Assembly: GCA_045643205.1 (NCBI GenBank)
Contig: JAZUKI010000003.1
Location: 190,732 to 254,731 of the forward strand
Source of the DNA: Clostridia bacterium
GTDB lineage: Bacteria > Bacillota > Clostridia > TANB77 > CAG-508
Direction of reading: 5' to 3'
DNA: 64,000 bases
Shown here piece by piece: positions 1 to 7,736 of the stretch. Position 1 is the stretch's first letter. Every line of letters starts with the position of its first letter. A program made the position numbers and the translations under genes. The notes under the pieces were generated by a model that saw only the letters and a program-made list of their open reading frames with translations, searched no databases and was not told the DNA's origin.

Positions 1-125
1 ATTTCCTCAAAATAAATCCAATGTTTTTTATCTTCTTCACATGTAAGTGCAGATAAATCTTCCTCTCTATAAGCTATCAATTGGGCTAATATATCGTTAT
101 CATTTACTTCTCTAAAATTACTCAT
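1..125 (-). CDS. Partial hypothetical protein (5' end; runs off the window edge)
   Basis: GGAGG RBS then ATG at 125; reads MSNFREVNDNDILAQLIAYREEDLSALTCEEDKKHWIYFEE with no stop to the edge; directly follows tnpV. Confidence 0.6.
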   Translation of the reverse strand, partial: MSNFREVNDNDILAQLIAYREEDLSALTCEEDKKHWIYFEE

Positions 126-139
126 ATCTAAAATACCTC

Positions 140-496
140 CTACCAATAAATTAATTCATTCAAAACAATTTCTTCAGCAACATTTTTAAAGTTATTCATT
201 AAGCCAACCCATTTTAATTGATTTTTTGCTTTTAGTTTTTCATCAACGTTATTTTCTTTAGCCATTTCTCTAATAGTTATTCTTACTATTTTGTTACATC
301 TTTCATCTATACCATTTAAACAACTAATTAGTGAGCCATTCATCATTAATTCGTTATATAAGCCTCTTTTATTTTCTTTAACATAATTTAACCTAGCTCT
401 ACCATATTTGCCTAAAATAACATTCTCGCCATTTTCTATAGCTAAATTAGGAATTAAATAATCTCCTTTTTTACGATAAGTAATTTTATTATTCAT
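140..496 (-). CDS. tnpV: TnpV-family transposon-encoded protein
   Basis: ITYRKKGDYLIPNL...GKYGRARLNY...WVGLMNN...AEEIV matches the TnpV pattern; GGAGG RBS supports the ATG at 496. Confidence 0.85.
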   Translation of the reverse strand: MNNKITYRKKGDYLIPNLAIENGENVILGKYGRARLNYVKENKRGLYNELMMNGSLISCLNGIDERCNKIVRITIREMAKENNVDEKLKAKNQLKWVGLMNNFKNVAEEIVLNELIYW

Positions 497-738
497 TTTT
501 AAAACCTCCAAAATAAAATTTTAGGTTTCCCATTTTATAAAAATTGTTAAAAAATCATCAAAAATAATTGGGAAAAACTTCTCAAAAAAGTACCAAAAAT
601 TACACAAATGTTTGATTTTTTATTTCCAAAATTTTTATTGATAAATCAGCTAAAACCCGCAATTTCACTAAATTTCAAAAGCCTTTCAACCGGCCTCATA
701 ACCCGAAGGTTTAACTTAATCTACTACAAACATAAACA

Positions 739-770
739 AAAAGAGGATTGATTCATTCAATCCTCTTTTT
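739..770. terminator. Intrinsic terminator (bidirectional-type hairpin)
   Basis: AAAAAGAGGATTGA-loop-TCAATCCTCTTTTT, downstream of the minus-strand gene at 831..2651. Confidence 0.75.
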
Positions 771-830
771 ACATATGTATTCAACCATAAAATATCCGAT
801 ATACATATTAAACAGCAATGCTAAATTTTA

Positions 831-2651
831 TTATAAATCTCCGTGCCCATCATCATGAAAATTGTTTTGCTTTTTGTTATCTGAAACATTTGAAGTTTCA
901 GATACTGAATTATTTTCAATTGAAGTATCTATATTAGAAACAGCTTGTTCTTTTTTATTTATCAATGCTTTGAATTCATCACTATTTAAGTAGTTTGTAA
1001 TGTCAGTAAGTTGCAAACTTTCTGGAACATTTAATGGTTCTCTTAATAGTTGATAAGTTGCAAATAAATATTTATTAACAAATGTATATAGCGGACTTTC
1101 TTTTGAAACTTCGATAACTTTCTTTAATTCTAAGTGTCTACTATCGTAAGTTGTAATCATTGTAGTTTCATCAATTGCACGAGAATCCTCTTCAATAGAG
1201 AATGCAAAAGGTGTAATAAAATCAACTGCATCAATGAAGTCATTCCACTTTTCTGTATTTCCTTTAGGTGGAAGTATTGGAAGTGGAGGAATTGCTTTGA
1301 ATTGATCGTGTGCACTAAATCCAGAAATTCCATCTCTTAATTGATTTTCAGTTTGTAATTGAATTTCTACTCTTCCAACAGGTGTTTCTAAAACTATAAA
1401 TCTTGCTCTATAACCATTTTCATTGTCTTTGTTTTTTTCTTCAACAACTTTGAAATTAAATCTTTGTAATACTTTAGAATCTGTAAAAATCTTACGAACT
1501 TGATTACAGAAAATTGGGTAATAAACTAAGTCGTCATTAAGTTCTTTATATCTTGCTAAAACAGCCTCAAAGTCTGATTTGTATTTTCTTTTTGGATCAT
1601 AAAACATTTTGAAAGCGTGATCAATTTGTAATTCTGCTTTTGAAAGATTTGAATCACCTAATCCAAGTGCATTTATTTTGTCTAATTTTGATTGAAGTAA
1701 GTCTTTCTTTGAATCAATAAAAGACATATACGCAGTGGCTTCAGGAGATACAACCTTTTTGATTGAATCTAACATTTTTATAAATTGATTATAGTAATCA
1801 GATGTTTTTATGTTTAATGAAGAAACATCTGCAATATCAGTTAAAGATTCTTGTACTGTTTTTTGAAATTCAGAAATTTGTTGATCATTTTCAAGTTTCT
1901 TCTGCATTAAAGGATCATCACTTGGAAGAACCTCATCAGTAGAGTGTAGTATAAGTTTCATACCAAATAAGTCATTAACAGGTTTATCATTTTTATATGC
2001 TGAACGGTAAAAAATTTTTCCTAAAAAGCTGAATTGAGATTTAATTCTTGCAGAAGCAGTAATATGTGATTTTGTATTTCTACTAAGCTCAAACATAATA
2101 GCATTTGCAAATCTAGTGAAGAATTCTTCAACTTGAGGCATGTCATCTGTTGGATAAATCTTAACTAATCGTTTAAATAACTTTCTATAATCTGTTTGCC
2201 ATACAGTAACAGGTGTATTTTCTGAAAGTACATTTTTTGCTAAACCTTTTTCAATCCCATTTGCTACAGTTGTATTAATATGTTTAGAAATAGGATTGCT
2301 AGGACCACCTGAAAACTTGTCTACAACATCTTTACTATTAGCATTATAAAAAATATTTGCATCTGGATTTAAAATAAAGTTGTATTTTCTACCTCTATAT
2401 ACTTTAGGCTTATCACTAGTTGAAGTAGATTGTTCTTTAACAGCTTTTTTTAAATCAATGATAGAATCAAATAAAGATGTTGTTTCAGCAACATATTTTA
2501 AATCATCACGAACAAACTCATAAAGTCTATCGGCATTTAAATCACTTAAAGTTGCATCTACATCTTCACTTAAATTTGTGTTTGAAGTTTCGTTTATATC
2601 TTCGCTTGAATATTCAATTTCATTTAAATTTTTATCTTGATTTTCAGCCAT
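831..2651 (-). CDS. RelA/SpoT synthetase-domain protein (alarmone-synthetase-like) with a large insertion
   Basis: Motifs ARIKS..S..GK, DLFGMKLI, NGYRA, VEIQLQT and SAH..FK match the RelA_SpoT nucleotidyltransferase motifs; no HD, TGS or ACT domains recognised. Confidence 0.65.
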   Translation of the reverse strand: MAENQDKNLNEIEYSSEDINETSNTNLSEDVDATLSDLNADRLYEFVRDDLKYVAETTSLFDSIIDLKKAVKEQSTSTSDKPKVYRGRKYNFILNPDANIFYNANSKDVVDKFSGGPSNPISKHINTTVANGIEKGLAKNVLSENTPVTVWQTDYRKLFKRLVKIYPTDDMPQVEEFFTRFANAIMFELSRNTKSHITASARIKSQFSFLGKIFYRSAYKNDKPVNDLFGMKLILHSTDEVLPSDDPLMQKKLENDQQISEFQKTVQESLTDIADVSSLNIKTSDYYNQFIKMLDSIKKVVSPEATAYMSFIDSKKDLLQSKLDKINALGLGDSNLSKAELQIDHAFKMFYDPKRKYKSDFEAVLARYKELNDDLVYYPIFCNQVRKIFTDSKVLQRFNFKVVEEKNKDNENGYRARFIVLETPVGRVEIQLQTENQLRDGISGFSAHDQFKAIPPLPILPPKGNTEKWNDFIDAVDFITPFAFSIEEDSRAIDETTMITTYDSRHLELKKVIEVSKESPLYTFVNKYLFATYQLLREPLNVPESLQLTDITNYLNSDEFKALINKKEQAVSNIDTSIENNSVSETSNVSDNKKQNNFHDDGHGDL

Positions 2652-2711
2652 AATAATCTCCTAACAATACAATTATAGCATATTATTTAATAAAAATGAA
2701 ATATGTATAAT

Positions 2712-2740
2712 TTGATTTTTTAATAGAAACATGGTATAAT
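2712..2740 (+). promoter_or_regulatory. Sigma-A promoter for the OLE RNA-oapA unit
   Basis: TTGATT-N17-TATAAT with an extended -10 TG. Confidence 0.6.
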
Positions 2741-2750
2741 ATATTCCATA

Positions 2751-3281
2751 TGGTACATTATTCTAGTCATACACATTTTATGAGGATGGGCCTAAAAATC
2801 CATTAAAGGGCATATCGATGAAGTTTCATATAGTATGCGCATTTCTGCCAAGTTTGCGTGTCTATGTGGAGTAAAGAATTTAGGAGAATATGTAATGGCA
2901 TATATATGTAATCCTATTTTCGCGGAGGCTTACTTATTTAAGTTAAACCTATATGTTTCAATATAGTGTAGCCCGTCTTGAGTGAATATTTTGGGATTGA
3001 AGATATTTACTGCAAACAATTTGGCCAATGCGTTTGCATCATGAAATAATATTTGCAAAAAAGACTAATAAAATATGTAGTATGTTAAGGAAAACTTCTA
3101 GAATGCTTGCTTTAATAGAGAAAGCATTGAAGTCTAGGGATTAAGGTACGGATTTGAGTGGCGATCTGGTGTCTATTTTTAGATACACTTTTTAAATGGA
3201 AACGGCTTAACAGTAATGTTAAGTAGAGTGCAGAGAAATTCAACCAGACCTAAACCGTAAAATTTACTTAGACTTTAACCA
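2751..3281 (+). ncRNA. ole: OLE (ornate, large, extremophilic) RNA
   Basis: ~530-nt ORF-free segment with OLE-like blocks (TTCTAGTCA, TTAAAGGG..TCGATGAAGTT, GTGTAGCCCG.CTTGAGTG, GGGATTAAG, GGAAAC...CAGTAATG, AGACCTAAACCG..AATTTACT); 5' TGGT and 3' ACCA can pair; lies immediately upstream of oapA. Confidence 0.88.
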
Positions 3282-3362
3282 TTTTATTTATTTTAACAAG
3301 TAAATATATAAAAATGCGGTTGATTAAGTTACAGCCGCTATTTTTTACTAGAAAGGGAAATT

Positions 3363-3962
3363 GTGAAAAACAAAATTGAAAACAAAGACTCAGACAGTTA
3401 TGAGCTGAGTAAGAAGAATACTGAAGAAAAGAAGAAGAACGAAAACTCAAAGTGGTTTATAAAAGCATTTATTATAACTTTTATATTGTCATTATTATTT
3501 ACATATATATCAACAAATGGAGTTTCAAATCTTGATTTAGTACCAGCTATAATAATTTTAATATTAATAATATTAGTTGGTATTTTATTTGATATAATTG
3601 GTGTTGCAGTGCAAGTAGCAGACGAAGATGAATTCCATGCAAAAGCATCAAAGAAAATAAAAGGTTCAAAAACATCAATTAGATTAATTAAAAATGCAAA
3701 TGTAGTTTCAAATGTATGCGCCGATGTTATAGGTGACGTTTGCGGAGTACTTAGTGGTTCGCTAGGTGCTTTAATAGCAATAAGATTGACAGAGATGTTT
3801 GGATGGCCTTCAGATGTTCAAACAATAGTAGGAGCATTAGTTGCAGCGTTAACAGTTAGTGGAAAGGCTTTAGGAAAAGGATTTGCAAAGAAAAATTCTA
3901 CAAAGATTGTTCATGCAGCAGGAAAGATAATAAATAAATTTTCTTTTAAAAAAGAAAAATAA
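3363..3962 (+). CDS. oapA: OLE-associated protein A (DUF21-like membrane protein)
   Basis: Several TM helices; FDIIGVA...FHAKASKK.KG...LIKNA..VSNVCADVIGDVCGVLSG with the DxxxD motif; directly downstream of the OLE RNA. Confidence 0.88.
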   Translation: MKNKIENKDSDSYELSKKNTEEKKKNENSKWFIKAFIITFILSLLFTYISTNGVSNLDLVPAIIILILIILVGILFDIIGVAVQVADEDEFHAKASKKIKGSKTSIRLIKNANVVSNVCADVIGDVCGVLSGSLGALIAIRLTEMFGWPSDVQTIVGALVAALTVSGKALGKGFAKKNSTKIVHAAGKIINKFSFKKEK

Positions 3963-4020
3963 TTAAAGCATAAAGAAAATACAAAAAATAAATAAAGAAA
4001 AATAAAAAAAGAAAAACAGA

Positions 4021-4053
4021 AATGGCGGTAAAACATGGTTTTACCGCTATTTT
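4021..4053 (+). terminator. Intrinsic terminator after oapA
   Basis: ATGGCGGTAAAAC-ATG-GTTTTACCGCTAT hairpin followed by Ts. Confidence 0.7.
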
Positions 4054-4054
4054 G

Positions 4055-4083
4055 TTGACATAATCCGGCAAAGGTGATAGAAT
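4055..4083 (+). promoter_or_regulatory. Strong sigma-A promoter
   Basis: TTGACA-N17-TAGAAT with an extended -10 TG. Confidence 0.75.
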
Positions 4084-4088
4084 AAGGG

Positions 4089-4406
4089 CCTATCAACTTT
4101 GATAGGGTCTGCAACTAGGAACCTGCAAGACATAAATTTAATATATATAGTTTTTCATAAGTTTTTTACCTCCAAGGATATTATTATTATTATTATTATT
4201 ATTTTTTTTTCTGTGTCCGTTTGCAAGTTGTAGTAATAAATAGGTTCCTAGTTAAAATTAAGAAGAATGGCCTTTATTCTTTTTATGGTAGGCCGAACAG
4301 CCACAAGTCTATAAGACGCAGTCGGCGCACCTAATTTGTGGGATAACAGGTTAGGCAAGATGAGTGGGTAGGAGGGGTTGTGAATACAACCCCTCTTACT
4401 GGTTTT
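4089..4406 (+). ncRNA. Candidate structured non-coding RNA of unknown family
   Basis: Between a consensus promoter and a strong terminator; 12-bp helix 4113-4124/4242-4253, further hairpins and a possible pseudoknot; no plus-strand ORF in the track. Confidence 0.6.
4368..4406 (+). terminator. Intrinsic terminator
   Basis: GTAGGAGGGGTTGT-GAAT-ACAACCCCTCTTAC followed by a T-rich tail. Confidence 0.7.
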
Positions 4407-4499
4407 ATTAGTAAAATTAAATATGCGAAATTTTTAAATATAGAATATTGAAATTCAGACAAAGCGAATTATAGAAAATAAAATAGTATAGGATAAAAT

Positions 4500-5723
4500 A
4501 TGGATAAGGAAAAAGAAAAATTATCTAAAAGAATAAGAAAGAAAGCTGTAACTTTTTTAACAATTGCAGGCATATCAATTGGTGGATCAGAATGTGCAGG
4601 GGGAATACCCGAGTACAAAGTTGATGCTAAAAGTGGTGTGCCTTATACTGAATTTTATTACAATAAAAAAGAAAACAATCTAAACAAGAGATACAGAGAT
4701 TATTATGAAATTCTTTCAACAGAAAACAATTTAACAACTTTTAAAGAAACATTCTTAAATGATGATGGTTCAGTAGACATTGCTGTACCACAAGGAATTT
4801 GCCATATTGATAAATATACAATTATTACTGCATATAATGGAAACAAAAAATACAAATTGCAAAACATTATATTAGGAGATGGAAGTGAAGAAGAAGAAAA
4901 ATTAGAAGATTCACTAAGCTCTGATGATAGCGCAATGTTAATTGTTCTAAACAATGAAAACAATGAAGAGAGAAGATTAAAATTACCAGATGCAAATCAT
5001 GTTGGTGGTATTGCAACTGATGGAAAAAAATTATACATAGCTAAAAGCGATGACTATGAAGTTTCAGTAATAGATTATGAAAATTTTAAAAAGTGTATTG
5101 AAGAAAACAAAAATGAAATTGATTATGATGGAGTTTTCAAATGCGAAAACTTAGCATCTTACATAACATATGATGATAATAAATTATGGATAGGAACTTG
5201 GAAAAATAGTAATGTATTGGACTATGTAACTAAGTTATGCGGTTATGAAATTAATGGTGACAAGCTAGAAAAAGTTAATGAATACACAATTCCACAAAAT
5301 TCAAACGGAGCTTGTTTCATAAATAGATACAACCAAAAATTATTAATGTTATCAATTTCAAATGGAAGATACATGGATTCAATTTTGGTTGCATATAGAA
5401 TTAATCAGGATAAAAATATTTTAGAAAAACTAGGACAGATAGTAGCTCCATCTTTATCAGAAACAATGGATGTTGTTGGAGATGAGATGAATCTTTTATT
5501 TGAATCAGGTTCACTACTTTACAAAAAAACAACGAAACATCCAATTGAAGGTTACACAAAACTTAATATAGATAAGATGTTTGAAAAGATTCTTGAGCAA
5601 AAAGAATTGAATCATGGTCAATCAATGAAGCAAATATACAAAATAGATAAGTATATAGAAGATCCAAGAAAAGAAGAGTCTGATGAGGATGAAAAATCAG
5701 ATGATGATGAAAAAGAAAAGTAA
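4500..5723 (+). CDS. Hypothetical protein, probable beta-propeller (YncE-like) with an acidic C-terminal tail
   Basis: N-terminal hydrophobic stretch; PQGIC, NHVGGIATDGKKLYIA and ASYITYD blade-like motifs. Confidence 0.55.
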   Translation: MDKEKEKLSKRIRKKAVTFLTIAGISIGGSECAGGIPEYKVDAKSGVPYTEFYYNKKENNLNKRYRDYYEILSTENNLTTFKETFLNDDGSVDIAVPQGICHIDKYTIITAYNGNKKYKLQNIILGDGSEEEEKLEDSLSSDDSAMLIVLNNENNEERRLKLPDANHVGGIATDGKKLYIAKSDDYEVSVIDYENFKKCIEENKNEIDYDGVFKCENLASYITYDDNKLWIGTWKNSNVLDYVTKLCGYEINGDKLEKVNEYTIPQNSNGACFINRYNQKLLMLSISNGRYMDSILVAYRINQDKNILEKLGQIVAPSLSETMDVVGDEMNLLFESGSLLYKKTTKHPIEGYTKLNIDKMFEKILEQKELNHGQSMKQIYKIDKYIEDPRKEESDEDEKSDDDEKEK

Positions 5724-5840
5724 AAATTTAACAAAATAAGGTAATTTGTGGTATAATAGAAGTGTAACATTTTTTTGATTACTCCAATGCAACATCCGGA
5801 GGACATTATATTAGCCTGAATAGGCAAGGAGGACAAAACT

Positions 5841-6041
5841 ATGAAAGAGGAAAAAAATTATTACGAAGAAGTGTTTACCTCACAGGAACTCGATTCTTTT
5901 GGAGCTGCTGAACGCAAATTAGAGGCAGTTAGAGCCGAACACAGTGAAGAGGCAGGATGGGTTGAGCTTGAAACACGTATTACAGAGCTTCCTAATGGTA
6001 AGTTCATTATGGAAAGAAAACACCGTAAATACTATAATTAA
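5841..6041 (+). CDS. Small hypothetical protein (66 aa)
   Basis: Strong AAGGAGG RBS, upstream TG-TATAAT, own terminator. Confidence 0.75.
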   Translation: MKEEKNYYEEVFTSQELDSFGAAERKLEAVRAEHSEEAGWVELETRITELPNGKFIMERKHRKYYN

Positions 6042-6052
6042 TATTTTTCCTT

Positions 6053-6092
6053 AAAAAGGGGACTTCCACTGAGGTGGAGGTTCTCTTTTTTT
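6053..6092 (+). terminator. Intrinsic terminator
   Basis: AAAAAGGGGACTTCCAC-TGAG-GTGGAGGTTCTCTTTTTTT. Confidence 0.75.
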
Positions 6093-6094
6093 GC

Positions 6095-6166
6095 TTAAAT
6101 TTTGGATTAAATTTTGGGTTAAATTCGGAGTCAAATTTGAGGTTAAATTTGGGGTTAAATTTGGGG
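6095..6166. repeat. Tandem 12-bp repeat, six copies (consensus TTAAATTTGGGG)
   Basis: TTAAATTTTGGA TTAAATTTTGGG TTAAATTCGGAG TCAAATTTGAGG TTAAATTTGGGG TTAAATTTGGGG. Confidence 0.85.
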
Positions 6167-6201
6167 TCAAAAAATAGGAACTTAAAGAAAACACAGCCAA
6201 C

Positions 6202-6256
6202 TTGACATAATTTTAAAACCATAGTACAATAATACTTATTGGAAATCATTTTCATT
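6202..6256 (+). promoter_or_regulatory. Sigma-A promoter with a Fur-family operator
   Basis: TTGACA-N17-TACAAT followed by the imperfect palindrome ATTGGAAAT-C-ATTTTCATT (6238-6256), upstream of a Fur-family gene. Confidence 0.65.
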
Positions 6257-6345
6257 AAGAAAATAAAAAATTTGTCAGAGAATTATTTGAAATTTATCTG
6301 AGACAATATAAAGCTTACAAAAATGAAATTCATTAAGGAAAGAAT

Positions 6346-6741
6346 ATGGAAAGAAATACAAAACAAAAAGAATTAGTAATTGAATATTTAAAAAAGCATA
6401 GTGATAAACATATGACTATAGTTGAAATTCAAAAAGGATTAAAAAATAAAGTTCCAATGACAACTCTATATAGAATTATAAATCACTTGATTCAAAAAGG
6501 ATTTGTAATTAAAAAACCATTTGAAAACAAACAAGGTGCTTGCTACAAGTTTAATGATAAAGAAGAAAAGTGTGATAATCACTATCACTTGATTTGCGAA
6601 AAATGTAATAAATTATTGCACTATGAAAGCGAAGTTCTTGAAGAAGTTGAAAAGCAAATTAAAAAAGATAAAAATTTTGATATTGATAATTCAAAAGTAG
6701 TTTTTTACGGAATTTGCAAAGAATGCAAGGGAGAGAATTAG
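6346..6741 (+). CDS. Fur-family transcriptional repressor (probably Zur-like)
   Basis: RNTKQK, TTLYR, HYHLICEKC and GICKEC motifs; first gene of a metal ABC operon. Confidence 0.9.
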   Translation: MERNTKQKELVIEYLKKHSDKHMTIVEIQKGLKNKVPMTTLYRIINHLIQKGFVIKKPFENKQGACYKFNDKEEKCDNHYHLICEKCNKLLHYESEVLEEVEKQIKKDKNFDIDNSKVVFYGICKECKGEN

Positions 6742-7731
6742 ATGAAAAAAGTTGGGATTGGAATAATTACAGTAATAATAGCAGCATACATAATTGTTGT
6801 GGTTATAATTAATATTAATAAAGGCCCGAAAGAAGAAAGTAACAAAACAAAAATAGTTACATCATTTTATCCAGTATATGTAATGACTTTGAATATAACA
6901 AAAGGTGCAGAAAATGTGGAAGTTAGCAACATGGCTGAACATTTAACTGGTTGCATCCATGACTATACTTTAACAACAGAGGATTTGAAAAAGTTTGAAA
7001 AGGCTAGCATATTTATTCAAAATGGAGCGGGCTTAGAAAATTTCACCGACAAAATTTTAAATTCATATCAAAATATAAAGGTGATAAGTGCTGCGGAAAA
7101 TGTGCAAAACTTTATTTGTGAAGGACACGACCATGATTCACACGACAACGAGGAACAACACGAACACAATGCCGATGAAGAAAATGTTCATAATCATGAA
7201 GAATCACACGATCACGATGAAGAATGTAATTCACATATTTGGTTGAGTATTGAAAATTATATTTCAGAAGTTGAAAAGATTTATGAAAAATTAAGCGAAT
7301 ATGATAGCAAAAACAAAGAAACATATTTAAATAATAAAAATACATATATCGAGAAACTAAATGCTTTAAAAATAAAATATAAAGGATTGGAGAACATACA
7401 AAACAAAGGTGCAATTTGTTTAGATGAAGCATTAGTTTATTTACTTGATGAAGTTGGAATGAAATATGAAATAGTAGAAACAGATCATGAGCAATCTTCA
7501 ATTTCAGCTAATCAAATAAAAGAATTAATAAATCAAATGAAGAAAGAAAACATTACAAGCATATTTATTGAAAAAGATGGAGACACAAAAGTGGCTGAAA
7601 CTCTAGCAAAAGAAACAGGAGCAAAAATTTACAAATTAGATGCAGAAATGAATCCTAGCAAAAATTATGAAGACATTAATGCATATATTGAAGCAATGGA
7701 ATTTAATTATAAAGTTTTAAGTGAGGTTTAA
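6742..7731 (+). CDS. znuA: Metal (Zn) ABC transporter substrate-binding protein, ZnuA/AdcA family
   Basis: IVTSFYP, HDY, NGAGLE, His/Glu-rich loop and HIWLS. Confidence 0.88.
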   Translation: MKKVGIGIITVIIAAYIIVVVIININKGPKEESNKTKIVTSFYPVYVMTLNITKGAENVEVSNMAEHLTGCIHDYTLTTEDLKKFEKASIFIQNGAGLENFTDKILNSYQNIKVISAAENVQNFICEGHDHDSHDNEEQHEHNADEENVHNHEESHDHDEECNSHIWLSIENYISEVEKIYEKLSEYDSKNKETYLNNKNTYIEKLNALKIKYKGLENIQNKGAICLDEALVYLLDEVGMKYEIVETDHEQSSISANQIKELINQMKKENITSIFIEKDGDTKVAETLAKETGAKIYKLDAEMNPSKNYEDINAYIEAMEFNYKVLSEV

Positions 7732-7736
7732 TAAAA

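Noticed and set aside
4138-4158. Minus-strand mini-ORF MKNYIY behind a GGAGG RBS
   Set aside because: Only six codons, and the promoter and terminator point to plus-strand transcription; kept only as an alternative explanation for the anti-SD motif.
4340-4350. GGGATAACAGG match to the 23S rRNA peptidyl-transferase region and the I-SceI site core
   Set aside because: Only 11 nt with no flanking rRNA similarity; treated as chance.
6095-6166. CRISPR array (also considered for 24597-24696 and 49430-49660)
   Set aside because: The repeats are directly tandem with no unique spacers, and no cas genes are present.
6007-6255. 82-aa minus-strand ORF with PKFN repeats
   Set aside because: It is the translation of the 12-bp repeat and overlaps a promoter and a terminator.
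7126-7220. His-rich stretch in the metal-binding protein as a novelty
   Set aside because: His/acidic loops are a normal feature of ZnuA/AdcA proteins.
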